The translations under genes and the position numbers were made by a program. This document shows, piece after piece, positions 19,014-29,160 of a stretch of 47,208 nt of DNA (the first letter of the stretch is position 1; every line of letters starts with the position of its first letter). Origin of the DNA: a virus (Duplodnaviria > Heunggongvirae > Uroviricota > Caudoviricetes); the IMG/VR virus record IMGVR_UViG_2721755498_000001. One strand, given 5' to 3'. A model generated the notes under the pieces. That model was given only the letters and a program-made list of their open reading frames with translations, had not been told where the DNA came from and made no database searches.

Positions 19014-19334
19014 TTAGATGCATCGACATTTGATGATGCTTGTCAGACCTGTCATTTTCTTTGCTTCATTTTCAACATTGATGAAGTTGGTTGAGCATAT
19101 TTTTTGATAATCTCCAGTTGTGAATCCTGTTTTATCGATCTTGCGTTTCAAGGGATTAATCGTTTTGCAAGATGCTCTATGGATTCTGGTAAAGCGTTCG
19201 TCAGATTTATTACCTTTACCTCTGGTTCGCTTCAATGCATTGACAACATATCCGTCTGGATTATCGCCAAGCCAATTACGATAGTCTGATTCACTCTCAG
19301 TCTGAAGGTCACTTCTGAATACCTTTATGGACAT
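19014..19334 (-). CDS. Small basic hypothetical protein (antisense moron between lysis and packaging genes)
   Basis: RBS AGGAG 7 nt before the internal ATG (MSIKVFRSDL); AT-rich; opposite strand to the late operon. Confidence 0.4.
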   Translation of the reverse strand: MSIKVFRSDLQTESESDYRNWLGDNPDGYVVNALKRTRGKGNKSDERFTRIHRASCKTINPLKRKIDKTGFTTGDYQKICSTNFINVENEAKKMTGLTSIIKCRCI

Positions 19335-19480
19335 GAAGATACTCCTGTGCATTTATGGTACGAAGAAATAGCAAAAGTATTTTTACCGTAAATTGCGAAT
19401 CTACAAAAGCAAAACAATGCGTAATATCAGAGTGAATATTCTGCCTTTAATGTGGGTCCTTCTGATGACCTGAGCTCTCA

Positions 19481-19560
19481 CGGGGCGGGAGCGTCGCGGA
19501 AAAAGGCTAGTTTTTGAAATTTCATTCGTCATCACCACTATTGTAATATATTGATATTAC
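19481..19560. other. Candidate cos site (cohesive end and terminase binding region)
   Basis: cggggcgggagcgtcgcgg resembles lambda cosN GGGCGGCGACCTCGCGG (recalled); about 110-190 bp upstream of the small terminase gene. Confidence 0.4.
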
Positions 19561-19668
19561 AGTGGTTTTATTTTTGTGGTGTCGATTTTGATTGTTTTTT
19601 GTTCATCACCAACACCGTTTGCCTAAAGTTGTTCGCAAGATGCATGTTTAAAACATTCTGGAGCGGGT

Positions 19669-20163
19669 ATGGATCGAGAGTTAAAAAATCTGACGCTGAA
19701 TATCAGTCAACTGGCGGCACTGTCAGGTGTACATCGCCAGACTGCTGCGGCAAGGCTGCAAAATCTACCCGTTGCAGGGGGGCATGAAAGCAACCTCAAG
19801 CTTTATCGGGTGGTTGATATTGTGTCGGCATTTCTGGCATTACCACCGCCGGTTGCAGAAGGCGAAATGGACGCGCATGAGCGCAAAGCCTGGTATCAGT
19901 CTGAACGTGAGCGTCTTAAGTTCGAACAGGAAACGGCACAACTCATTCCGGCCAGTGATGTCAGACGGGAGTTTGCCATCTGGGCAAAAGCGGTCGTGCA
20001 GGTGCTGGAGACATTACCGGATATTCTTGAACGTGACTGCGGTCTGCAGCCTGCCGCTGTGAGCCGTGTTCAGTCCATTATTGATGATCTGCGCGATCAG
20101 ATAGCCCTGCGGGTGACTGAAGCAGGTGCGGATGATGAGGAGGAATTACAGCAGGAGGAGTAA
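19669..20163 (+). CDS. Terminase small subunit (Nu1-like)
   Basis: 164 aa directly upstream of the large terminase; N-terminal HTH-like region; acidic C-terminus. Confidence 0.7.
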   Translation: MDRELKNLTLNISQLAALSGVHRQTAAARLQNLPVAGGHESNLKLYRVVDIVSAFLALPPPVAEGEMDAHERKAWYQSERERLKFEQETAQLIPASDVRREFAIWAKAVVQVLETLPDILERDCGLQPAAVSRVQSIIDDLRDQIALRVTEAGADDEEELQQEE

Positions 20164-22265
20164 TGCTGAATCAGGAAACCGCAAAGGCAGCACGAACCGA
20201 TTCAGGTTATATCCTTCGCGCACCGAGACGAATGCGGGTTGCTGATGCCGTTGCTCAGTATATGCGGGTGCCCATGGGGGCAGGGAACTCAGTCCCGTGG
20301 GATCCGCTGGTGGCACCGTATGTTATTGAGCCGATGAACTGCCTGGCCTCGCGTGAATACGACGCAGTGATATTTGTTGGCCCGGCACGAACCGGCAAGA
20401 CTATCGGCCTGATTGACGGCTGGGTGATTTACAACGTGATTTGCGATCCTGCTGATATGCTGATTATTCAGATGACGGAGGAAAAAGCCCGCGAACACTC
20501 CAAAAAACGACTCGCCAGAACGTTTCGCGTCAGCCCGGAAGTGGTCAGTCGCCTGAGTCCGAACAAAAATGACAACAACGTTTATGACAGAACATTCCTT
20601 GCTGGTAACTACCTGAAAATCGGCTGGCCGTCAGTCAATATCATGTCCTCATCAGATTATAAATGCGTCGCGCTGACGGATTATGACCGTTTTCCGGAAG
20701 ATATTGATGGCGAGGGGGATGCTTTCTCTCTTGCCTCAAAACGTACCACAACATTTATGTCCAGTGGTATGACGCTGGTGGAGAGTTCCCCCGGCAGGGA
20801 TGTGAAGGATGTGAAATGGCGACGGACTTCACCGCATGAGGCTCCACCAACCACGGGGATACTGTCGCTCTATAACCGTGGCGATCGCCGTCGCTGGTAC
20901 TGGCCCTGTCCACACTGTGGTGAGTATTTTCAGCCCTGCGGCGATGTGGTTGCTGGTTTCCGTGATATTGCCGATCCCGTGCTGGCAAGTGAGGCGGCTT
21001 ATATTCAGTGTCCTTCCTGTTCAGGACGGATTATGCCTGAACAAAAACGTGAGCTGAACGGACGTGGGGTCTGGTTGCGGGATGGTGAATCCATCAATGC
21101 GGATGGCAGTCGTTATGGTGATCCCCGACGCTCACGTATTGCGTCATTCTGGATGGAGGGTCCGGCAGCTGCTTACCAGACACTCTCGCAACTCGTTTAC
21201 AAACTGCTTACTGCAGAACAGGAATACGAGACAACCGGAAGTGAAGAGACACTCAAGACGGTTATCAATACCGACTGGGGATTACCTTATCTTCCCCGCG
21301 CCAGCATGGAGCAACGAAAAAGTGAACTGCTTGAGCAGCGGGCAGAGCCAGTTCCTTCCCGCAGTGTGCCGGATGGCGTTAATTTTCTTGTGGCGACAGT
21401 GGATGTGCAGGCGGGACGTCATCGCCGTTTTGTGGTTCAGGTAACGGGCTATGGCAGCCGTGGCGAACGCTGGATTATTGATCGTTACAACATCACGCAG
21501 TCATTGCGCGGTGACAGCGACGGGGAGAGCCAGCGAATTGATCCGGCCAGCTATCCGGAAGACTGGGATGTCCTGCTGACGGATGTTTTTCATAAAAGCT
21601 GGCCGCTGGCCTCCGATCCTTCTCAACAAATGCGACTGATGGCAATGGCGGTGGACTCCGGCGGTGAAGACGGGGTCACTGATAATGCCTATAAATTCTG
21701 GCGTCGTTGCCGTCGTGATGGCCTTGGTAAACGTATTTACCTGTTTAAGGGCGACAGCATCCGGCGCGCAAAACTGATCACCCGTACATTCCCTGATAAC
21801 ACCGGACGAACGGGCCGACGGGCGCAGGCTGCAGGTGATGTGCCGCTCTGGCTTCTTCAGACGGATGCACTGAAAGACCGGGTGAATAACGCGTTATGGC
21901 GTGACTCGCCAGGTCCCGGCTATGTGCATTTCCCTGACTGGCTGGGGAGCTGGTTTTACGACGAACTGACGTATGAAGAGCGGAGCAGTGACGGGAAATG
22001 GAGTAAGCCGGGTCGCGGTGCCAACGAAGCTTTTGACCTGATGGTGTATGCCGAGGCTCTGGTCATTCTGCATGGATACGAAAAGATCCGCTGGCCGGAT
22101 GCACCGGAGTGGGCGAGCCGGGAAACCTGGCTGGAGTGTGTCCCGGACAGTACCGAACCGTCACCCTCACCGGAACCGGTATCCACGCCTGTTAAAAAAC
22201 AAAAACGGAAGAAAACAGTAACTGACGATGTTAACCCCTGGCTGACTTCCGGAGGATGGTTATGA
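20163..22265 (+). CDS. Terminase large subunit (gpA-like)
   Basis: 700 aa; ATPase motif VIFVGPARTGKT; position between small terminase and portal. Confidence 0.85.
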   Translation: MLNQETAKAARTDSGYILRAPRRMRVADAVAQYMRVPMGAGNSVPWDPLVAPYVIEPMNCLASREYDAVIFVGPARTGKTIGLIDGWVIYNVICDPADMLIIQMTEEKAREHSKKRLARTFRVSPEVVSRLSPNKNDNNVYDRTFLAGNYLKIGWPSVNIMSSSDYKCVALTDYDRFPEDIDGEGDAFSLASKRTTTFMSSGMTLVESSPGRDVKDVKWRRTSPHEAPPTTGILSLYNRGDRRRWYWPCPHCGEYFQPCGDVVAGFRDIADPVLASEAAYIQCPSCSGRIMPEQKRELNGRGVWLRDGESINADGSRYGDPRRSRIASFWMEGPAAAYQTLSQLVYKLLTAEQEYETTGSEETLKTVINTDWGLPYLPRASMEQRKSELLEQRAEPVPSRSVPDGVNFLVATVDVQAGRHRRFVVQVTGYGSRGERWIIDRYNITQSLRGDSDGESQRIDPASYPEDWDVLLTDVFHKSWPLASDPSQQMRLMAMAVDSGGEDGVTDNAYKFWRRCRRDGLGKRIYLFKGDSIRRAKLITRTFPDNTGRTGRRAQAAGDVPLWLLQTDALKDRVNNALWRDSPGPGYVHFPDWLGSWFYDELTYEERSSDGKWSKPGRGANEAFDLMVYAEALVILHGYEKIRWPDAPEWASRETWLECVPDSTEPSPSPEPVSTPVKKQKRKKTVTDDVNPWLTSGGWL

Positions 22266-22474
22266 ACCAGAATGATATCGAAGCCATGATTCAGCGTTAT
22301 ACGGAAGCTGAAATGGCGGTGCTGGACGGAAAATCCGTCACCTTTAATGGTCAGCAGATGACCATGGAAAACTTATCTGAGATCCGGCAGGGACGGCAGG
22401 AGTGGGAGCGCCGCCTTGCGGCTCTGATTACACGACGACGGGGGCATCCCGGGTACCGGCTGGCGAGGTTCTGA
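22256..22474 (+). CDS. gpW-like head-tail joining protein
   Basis: 72 aa; C-terminus RRRGHPGY resembles lambda W; stop overlaps the portal start (ATGA-type overlap). Confidence 0.55.
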   Translation: MVMNQNDIEAMIQRYTEAEMAVLDGKSVTFNGQQMTMENLSEIRQGRQEWERRLAALITRRRGHPGYRLARF

Positions 22475-23982
22475 TGGCAATTCTTGATGATGTGATTGGC
22501 GTTTTTTCACCAGGATGGAAAGCGGCAAGGCTGCGTTCCCGGGCGGTGATCCAGGCTTATGAGGCCGTAAAAACGACGCGGACACACAAAGCCCGGCGGG
22601 AAAACCGAACTGCCGACCAGTTAAGCCAGTACGGGGCCGTGTCGTTACGTGAGCAGGCCCGTTACCTTGATAACAACCACGATCTGGTCATTGGTGTATT
22701 TGACAAGCTGGAAGAACGGGTGGTGGGGAAAAACGGGATTATTGTCGAGCCACATCCGGTATTACGCAATGGGGCCATTGCCCGTGATCTGGCTGCGGAG
22801 ATTCGCACCCGATGGAGTGAATGGTCTGTCAGCCCGGAAGTCACCGGGCAGTTTACCCGTCCGATGCTGGAACGTCTGATGCTGCGTACCTGGCTGCGCG
22901 ATGGTGAGGTGTTTGCCCAGATGGTTTCCGGGCGCATAAACAGCCTGACGCCTTCTGCCGGTGTTCATTTCTGGCTGGAGGCGCTCGAGCCGGACTTTAT
23001 TCCCATGACCAGTGATGAGAGCAACAGGCTGAATCAGGGCGTGTTTGTTGATGACTGGGGGCGTCCCGAAAAATATCTGGTGTATAAAAGCCGTCCCGTA
23101 TCCGGGCGGCAGATGGAAACCAAAGAAGTGGATGCAGAGCGAATGCTGCATCTTAAATTTGTTCGCCGTCTGCACCAGATGCGCGGGACGTCTTTATTGT
23201 CCGGTGTGCTGATCCGCCTCAGCGCCCTGAAAGAGTATGAAGATTCTGAGCTGACTGCAGCAAGGGTCGCCGCTGCTCTGGGGATGTACATCCGCAAAGG
23301 CGACGGACAGAGCTATGAAACGGATGGTAATGACAGCAAGGAGAATGAACGCGAGCTTACCATTCAGCCAGGCATTATTTACGACGATCTGAAACCCGGC
23401 GAAGAAATCGGAATGGTGAAGTCGGATCGCCCAAATCCTAACCTTGAAACTTTTCGTAATGCTCAGTTGCGTGCCGTGGCGGCGGGCAGTCGTCTGAGTT
23501 TTTCCAGTACAGCGCGCAACTATAACGGCACTTACAGCGCCCAGCGTCAGGAGCTGGTTGAATCCACTGATGGCTACCTGATCCTGCAGGACTGGTTTAT
23601 TGGTGCCGTCACCCGTCCGATGTATCGTGCCTGGCTGAAACAGGCTGTGGCATCCGGTGTTATCAGGCTACCCCGCGATCTTGACCGTTCTTCACTGTAT
23701 ACCGCGGTGTATTCCGGACCGGTGATGCCGTGGATTGACCCTGTTAAGGAGGCTGAGGCCTGGAAAATCCAGATTCGTGGTGGCGCGGCGACAGAATCAG
23801 ACTGGGTACGTGCTGGTGGTCGTAATCCGGATGATGTCAAACGTCGGCGCAAGGCCGAAATTGATGAAAACCGCAAACTGGATCTGGTATTTGATACCGA
23901 TCCGGCCAGTGATAAAGGAGGCAGCAGTGCCGCAACGAAACGACAGGAGCCGCAGCACACCGACGACCAGTCCGAAGAATAA
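22474..23982 (+). CDS. Portal protein
   Basis: About 500 aa, directly after terminase and W; start at the ATG overlapping the W stop. Confidence 0.8.
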   Translation: MAILDDVIGVFSPGWKAARLRSRAVIQAYEAVKTTRTHKARRENRTADQLSQYGAVSLREQARYLDNNHDLVIGVFDKLEERVVGKNGIIVEPHPVLRNGAIARDLAAEIRTRWSEWSVSPEVTGQFTRPMLERLMLRTWLRDGEVFAQMVSGRINSLTPSAGVHFWLEALEPDFIPMTSDESNRLNQGVFVDDWGRPEKYLVYKSRPVSGRQMETKEVDAERMLHLKFVRRLHQMRGTSLLSGVLIRLSALKEYEDSELTAARVAAALGMYIRKGDGQSYETDGNDSKENERELTIQPGIIYDDLKPGEEIGMVKSDRPNPNLETFRNAQLRAVAAGSRLSFSSTARNYNGTYSAQRQELVESTDGYLILQDWFIGAVTRPMYRAWLKQAVASGVIRLPRDLDRSSLYTAVYSGPVMPWIDPVKEAEAWKIQIRGGAATESDWVRAGGRNPDDVKRRRKAEIDENRKLDLVFDTDPASDKGGSSAATKRQEPQHTDDQSEE

Positions 23983-23995
23983 TTCCTGGTTCAGG

Positions 23996-25954
23996 ATGCA
24001 GGCTGGTCACCAGAGTGACGCGGATATTTATATTTATGACGAGATTGGTTTCTGGGGTGTTACAGCGAAGCAGTTTATCAGTGATCTGAATGCACTGGGC
24101 GATATCACCCACATTAATCTCCATATTAATTCACCGGGTGGCGATGTCTTTGAAGGCATCGCCATTTTTAATGCGCTGAAAACACATGGTGCGTCCATTA
24201 CCGTTTATGTCGACGGTGTGGCGGCGTCAATGGCGTCGGTCATTGCGATGGTGGGAAACCCGGTCATTATGCCGGAAAACACCTTCATGATGATTCATAA
24301 ACCATTTGGCTTTACGGGCGGTGATGCGGAGGACATGCGCACCTATGCCGACCTGCTCGATAAAGTTGAGGCGGTTCTGTTACCCGCTTATGCACAGAAA
24401 ACCGGGAAAACCACCGATGAAATTGCTGCCATGCTGGCGGATGAGACCTGGATGTCCGGTGCCGAATGTCTGGCACATGGATTTGCTGATCAGGTAACGC
24501 CAGCCGTTAAGGCAATGGCATGTATTCAGTCAAAACGTACAGAGGAATTTAAAAAGATGCCGGAATCCATTCGAAACATGATTACTCCGCCACGCAACAG
24601 TGCTCCACGCGTACAGGATAATGAACCTGAAGCCTCCCGGACGCCAGTGCAGGCAGCAGCACCCGTGGTGGATGAAAACAGCATCCGTGCGCAGGTACTG
24701 GCAGAGCAAAAAGCGCGTGTAAACGGTATTAATGATCTGTTTGCCATGTTTGGCGGGCGTTATCAGACGCTGCAGACTCAGTGTCTTGCCGATCCTGAAT
24801 GTTCGCTGGAGCAGGCCCGCGAAAAGCTGTTGAACGAGATGGGGCGCGAGTCCACGCCATCCAATAAAAATACCCCGGCTCATATTTATGCCGGTAACGG
24901 TAATTTTGTGGGGGACGGGATCCGCCAGGCGCTGATGGCGCGTGCCGGATTTGAAAAAACCGAACGTGATAATGTCTACAACGGGATGACCCTGCGTGAA
25001 TATGCCCGTATGTCACTGACTGAACGGGGTATTGGGGTTTCCAGTTATAACCCGATGCAGATGGTCGGTGCGGCGTTCACACACAGTACGTCTGACTTCG
25101 GTAATATTCTGCTGGATGTTGCGAACAAAGCCATTCTGCAGGGCTGGGAAGATGCCCCTGAAACCTATGAACAGTGGACGCGGAAAGGTCAGTTGTCTGA
25201 TTTTAAAATTGCCCATCGTGTGGGTATGGGGGGCTTCAGTGCTCTGCGTCAGGTGCGTGAAGGGGCGGAATATAAATACGTCACCACCGGAGATAAACAG
25301 GCCACTATTGCACTGGCGACCTATGGCGAGCTGTTCAGTATCACCCGTCAGGCCATTATCAATGATGATCTGAATATGCTGACCGATGTCCCGATGAAAC
25401 TGGGCCGTGCGGCGAAATCCACTATTGCCGATCTGGTTTATGCCATTCTGACGTCTAACCCGAAAATCTCCACAGATAATGTAAGTCTGTTCGATAAAGC
25501 GAAACATGCAAACGTACTGGAGAGCGCTGCAATGGACGTGGCATCGCTGGATAAAGCCCGCCAGTTGATGCGCGTTCAGAAAGAGGGGGAGCGTCATCTG
25601 AATATTCGTCCTGCGTTCGTACTGGTACCGACGGCGATGGAGTCTGTTGCTAACCAGGTCATTCGCTCCTCAAGTGTCAAGGGGGCTGACATTAACGCCG
25701 GTATTATTAACCCGGTGAAAGATTTTGCGACCGTTATTGCAGAGCCTCGTCTTGATGATAACAGCCAGACCACCTTCTACCTGGCTGCGTCAAAAGGCTC
25801 CGATACGATTGAAGTGGCTTATCTCAACGGTGTGGATACGCCATATATTGATCAGATGGAGGGCTTCAGTGTGGATGGCGTGACAACGAAAGTGCGTATT
25901 GACGCCGGTGTCGCGCCAGTTGATCACCGCGGTCTGGTGAAATGTACGGCGTAA
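23996..25954 (+). CDS. Prohead protease (ClpP-like) fused to HK97-fold major capsid protein
   Basis: N-terminal ClpP-like region (INSPGGDVFEGIAIFNALK...MASVIAMVG...MMIHKP); C-terminal about 350 aa capsid-like; followed by a strong terminator. Confidence 0.75.
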   Translation: MQAGHQSDADIYIYDEIGFWGVTAKQFISDLNALGDITHINLHINSPGGDVFEGIAIFNALKTHGASITVYVDGVAASMASVIAMVGNPVIMPENTFMMIHKPFGFTGGDAEDMRTYADLLDKVEAVLLPAYAQKTGKTTDEIAAMLADETWMSGAECLAHGFADQVTPAVKAMACIQSKRTEEFKKMPESIRNMITPPRNSAPRVQDNEPEASRTPVQAAAPVVDENSIRAQVLAEQKARVNGINDLFAMFGGRYQTLQTQCLADPECSLEQAREKLLNEMGRESTPSNKNTPAHIYAGNGNFVGDGIRQALMARAGFEKTERDNVYNGMTLREYARMSLTERGIGVSSYNPMQMVGAAFTHSTSDFGNILLDVANKAILQGWEDAPETYEQWTRKGQLSDFKIAHRVGMGGFSALRQVREGAEYKYVTTGDKQATIALATYGELFSITRQAIINDDLNMLTDVPMKLGRAAKSTIADLVYAILTSNPKISTDNVSLFDKAKHANVLESAAMDVASLDKARQLMRVQKEGERHLNIRPAFVLVPTAMESVANQVIRSSSVKGADINAGIINPVKDFATVIAEPRLDDNSQTTFYLAASKGSDTIEVAYLNGVDTPYIDQMEGFSVDGVTTKVRIDAGVAPVDHRGLVKCTA

Positions 25955-25978
25955 ACGTCGCAGACAACAACTCTGATG

Positions 25979-25997
25979 GCCCGTAAGGGCTTTTTTT
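25979..25997 (+). terminator. Rho-independent terminator after the capsid gene
   Basis: gcccgtaagggc hairpin plus T7 run. Confidence 0.6.
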
Positions 25998-26040
25998 GTA
26001 CCTGAAATCAGCCCCTGAACGGGGCTGTGCGGAGACAGTT

Positions 26041-26364
26041 ATGGCAAAGAATTTTGTAGAAGAAGGAAAAACGGTGGCGATTGTTGCCAGTGCAGCCATC
26101 AGCAGCGGAGATCTGGTGCAGGTGGGTGATGTTTTTGCGGTGGCGCTGACCGATATTCCACAGGGTGAAACAGGCGACGGCATGACCGAAGGTGTGTTTA
26201 TGCTGCCTAAGCTGAAAACGGATGATATGAAAACGGGTAAGAAGGTTTATCTGAAGTCCGGAAAAGTTCAGCTGACTAACAGCGGCTCTGATCCGCTGGT
26301 CGGGGTTGTCTGGGCAGATGCCGGAACCAGTGCAGAAGAAGTGCCGGTAAAACTCAATGTCTGA
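26041..26364 (+). CDS. Head decoration/cement-like protein
   Basis: Small Gly-rich protein directly after the capsid gene; start at the internal ATG (MAKNFVEEG). Confidence 0.45.
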   Translation: MAKNFVEEGKTVAIVASAAISSGDLVQVGDVFAVALTDIPQGETGDGMTEGVFMLPKLKTDDMKTGKKVYLKSGKVQLTNSGSDPLVGVVWADAGTSAEEVPVKLNV

Positions 26365-26632
26365 TCCCTTTTCCCGGCTGGCAGCGCGTATGGATGCGAT
26401 CACGGTCAGAAAGATGGGAAAGACAGCCTCGATTAATGATGCCGATATGACTGTGATCCCGGGAGAAACACTGGCAGAGCTGAATGCTCTGTCCGGACCT
26501 GCGGTCTCTCTGGTGGTGTTTTCTTCGGGATACCGCCCACGGCGCGGGGATCGCGTTGTTTATGACGGACAACAATGGACGGTCACACGGCATGAACGTT
26601 TTAACGGTAAGCCAATGATCTTTATTGAGTAA
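26357..26632 (+). CDS. Head-tail connector/completion protein (hypothetical)
   Basis: 91-aa ORF in the head-tail joining module; position only. Confidence 0.4.
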   Translation: MSDPFSRLAARMDAITVRKMGKTASINDADMTVIPGETLAELNALSGPAVSLVVFSSGYRPRRGDRVVYDGQQWTVTRHERFNGKPMIFIE

Positions 26633-26643
26633 AGAGGTGTGGG

Positions 26644-27222
26644 ATGAAGGGGCTTGAGAATGCCATCCGTAATCTGAACAGCCTTGATACCCGTATGGTG
26701 CCACAGGCCAGCGCATGGGCGATAAATCGTGTGGCACAGAAAGCGGTCTCGGTCGCCACCCGGCAGGTTGCCGGGAATACCGTTGCGGGAGATAACCAGG
26801 TGAAAGGGATCCCCCTGAAACTGGTACGTCAGCGTGTCCGGGTGTTTAAAGCCAGTCCGTCAGGAAAAATGACGGCCAGGATCCGCGTTAACCGGGGCAA
26901 TCTGCCCGCTATTAAGCTGGGGACAGCCCGGGTCAGACTGGCCCGGCGTGGTGGAAAACTGCAGTACCGTGGCAGTGTGCTGAAGGTGGGTAAATATCTT
27001 TTCCGGGATGCGTTTATTCAGCAACTGGCGAATGGTCGCTGGCATGTGATGCGGCGTATTGATGGCAAAAATCGTTACCCCATTGATGTGGTGAAAGTCC
27101 CGTTGTCCGGACCGCTGACACAGGCATTTGAAGATGCCCGCGACCGCATTATTGCTGCGGAAATGCCGAAACAGCTGGGGTATGCACTGAAACAACAACT
27201 GAGGTTATGGCTGACCCGATGA
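26644..27222 (+). CDS. Z: Tail completion protein, lambda Z-like
   Basis: 192 aa, the same length as lambda gpZ; precedes the U-like and V-like genes. Confidence 0.55.
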   Translation: MKGLENAIRNLNSLDTRMVPQASAWAINRVAQKAVSVATRQVAGNTVAGDNQVKGIPLKLVRQRVRVFKASPSGKMTARIRVNRGNLPAIKLGTARVRLARRGGKLQYRGSVLKVGKYLFRDAFIQQLANGRWHVMRRIDGKNRYPIDVVKVPLSGPLTQAFEDARDRIIAAEMPKQLGYALKQQLRLWLTR

Positions 27223-27620
27223 ACCGACATACACAAATCCGCCAGGCCGTACTGGCACGCCTTCGGGAACAGTGTGGAGACAGCGCCACGTTTTTTGACG
27301 GGCTTCCGGCATTTATTGATGCGCAGGAACTGCCTGCCGTGGCGGTGTGGCTGAGTGATGCTCAGTACACCGGAAAAATGACGGATGAAGATGACTGGCA
27401 GGCTGTTCTGCATATTGCTGTCTTCATCCGGGCACAGGCACCGGATTCAGAGCTGGATATGTGGATGGAGAGCACCATTTTCCCGGCTCTGAATGATATA
27501 CCGGCACTTTCCGGACTCATCGACACCCTGATCCCTCTCGGTTTTAACTATCAACGTGATAATGAGATGGCCACCTGGGCGATGGCGGAAATCACGTACC
27601 AGATCACGTACACGAATTAA
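27207..27620 (+). CDS. U: Tail terminator, lambda U-like
   Basis: 137 aa immediately upstream of the major tail protein. Confidence 0.55.
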   Translation: MADPMNRHTQIRQAVLARLREQCGDSATFFDGLPAFIDAQELPAVAVWLSDAQYTGKMTDEDDWQAVLHIAVFIRAQAPDSELDMWMESTIFPALNDIPALSGLIDTLIPLGFNYQRDNEMATWAMAEITYQITYTN

Positions 27621-27625
27621 AGGAG

Positions 27626-28375
27626 GTGGCAATGACCACACCAAATCCACTGGCAAAAACGAAAGGTGCGGGAACGACGTTCTGGATGTACACCGGCAAG
27701 GGCGATGCGTTTGCGAACCCTTTATCGGACACTGACTGGCTGCGTCTTGCGATGGTGAAGGATCTGCAACCTGGCGAAATGACCGCTGATGCAGAAGATG
27801 ACACTTATCTCGATGATGAAGATGCAGACTGGAAAACGACAACCCAGGGGCAGAAATCCGTCGGTGATACTTCGGCGACGCTGGCCTGGCGTCCGGGTGA
27901 CAGCGGGCAGAAAAAACTGGTTCAGTTGTTCGACTCCGGTGAAGTCTGCGCGTTTCGTATCAAATATCCCAACGGCACTGTTGATGTTTTCCGTGGCTGG
28001 CTGAGCTTACTGGGTAAAACCATTGCCTCAAAAGACGTGATGACCCGCACAGTGAAAATCAGCGGTGTGGGGCGTCCGTATCTGGCAGAGGAAGGCACTG
28101 AAACAGTGAGCGTTACCGGGCTGACGGTGGCACCGGCATCTGCCAGTGTAAAAGTGGGAGCAACCACCACGCTGACCTTTACAGTAAAACCTGACGGAGC
28201 CAGTGACAAAGCGATCAGTGTGCATTCGACAGATCCACAGACTGCCACGGTGACCCTGAACGGGCTTGTGGCCACGGTGAAAGGCGTGAAGCAGGGCAGT
28301 GTCAGCATTGTGGGCATGACTTCTGACGGCGATTTTGTGGCAGTGGCTGCGGTGGCTGTCAGCGCCGCAGGTTAA
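27626..28375 (+). CDS. V: Major tail protein V with C-terminal Ig-like domain
   Basis: 249 aa; KGAGTTFWMYTGKGDAFANPLSD...YLDDEDADWKTTTQGQKS...FRIKYPNGTVDVFRGW resembles lambda gpV. Confidence 0.85.
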   Translation: MAMTTPNPLAKTKGAGTTFWMYTGKGDAFANPLSDTDWLRLAMVKDLQPGEMTADAEDDTYLDDEDADWKTTTQGQKSVGDTSATLAWRPGDSGQKKLVQLFDSGEVCAFRIKYPNGTVDVFRGWLSLLGKTIASKDVMTRTVKISGVGRPYLAEEGTETVSVTGLTVAPASASVKVGATTTLTFTVKPDGASDKAISVHSTDPQTATVTLNGLVATVKGVKQGSVSIVGMTSDGDFVAVAAVAVSAAG

Positions 28376-28435
28376 CAGGACGATACTCATCATTTGCCCC
28401 GGTTATCCGGGGCTTTTTTGCAGGTGGAGAACATG

Positions 28436-28822
28436 ATGTTTCTGAAACAGGGCACGTTTAATTATGAAAAGCAGTCCGTGGTGCTCAGTGAGCTGTCCGG
28501 GCTGCAGAGAATTGAATATCTGGCGTTTGTTCAGCAGCGAACGGCAAAGTTTGATGCCGGGGAGGGAGAACTGCCGGAGGCTGAACGACAGATTGCTTTT
28601 CTGCGGATGGGGATGGATATCAATGCCTGGCTGGTTTCCCGCTCACTGTGGAATGCGGAACAGTCTCAGGATGTTGAGACGCTTTGCGCATCCGTTATTA
28701 CAACATGGTCGTATGATGCCCTGGGAGCGGGGGCGGAGATGGTTCTGTCGCTGAGCGGTATGGGAGCCATTGAGAATGCCGGGGATTTGGAGCATGAGGT
28801 GCTGACGCCGGAAAAGTCCTGA
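28436..28822 (+). CDS. G: Tail assembly chaperone G
   Basis: Starts MFLKQ (lambda G starts MFLKTE); directly upstream of T and the tape measure gene. Confidence 0.65.
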   Translation: MFLKQGTFNYEKQSVVLSELSGLQRIEYLAFVQQRTAKFDAGEGELPEAERQIAFLRMGMDINAWLVSRSLWNAEQSQDVETLCASVITTWSYDALGAGAEMVLSLSGMGAIENAGDLEHEVLTPEKS

Positions 28823-28830
28823 CGCGGGAA

Positions 28831-29160
28831 ATGCAGTTTGTCATGCGGCTTGCCCGGGAGTTCCGGCGGGCAGACTGGCGGCGGATGCTGTCGGAAATGT
28901 CGGCCACTGAGCTTGGTGAATGGGGCGATTATTTCCGGATGCAGAGCTTCAGTGATGTGTGGATGGATGCGCAGTTTGCCTCGCTGAAGGCATTGATCGT
29001 GAGAATGGTGTCCGGTAGCAGTGATGCTGCGGTGGCTGATTTCAGCCTTTTACCGGAAGAGAACGGGATACCGGAGCGAACGGACGAAGAACTGATGCAT
29101 CTTGGGGAAGGTATTTCCGGAGGTGTGCGTTATGGACCAGATAGCCAACCTGGTCATTGA
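28831..29160 (+). CDS. T: Tail assembly protein T, the -1 frame extension of G (probable G-T frameshift product)
   Basis: ORF in the -1 frame relative to G, open across the G stop; A-rich CCGGAAAAG just before the G stop; the actual product probably begins inside G. Confidence 0.5.
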   Translation: MQFVMRLAREFRRADWRRMLSEMSATELGEWGDYFRMQSFSDVWMDAQFASLKALIVRMVSGSSDAAVADFSLLPEENGIPERTDEELMHLGEGISGGVRYGPDSQPGH

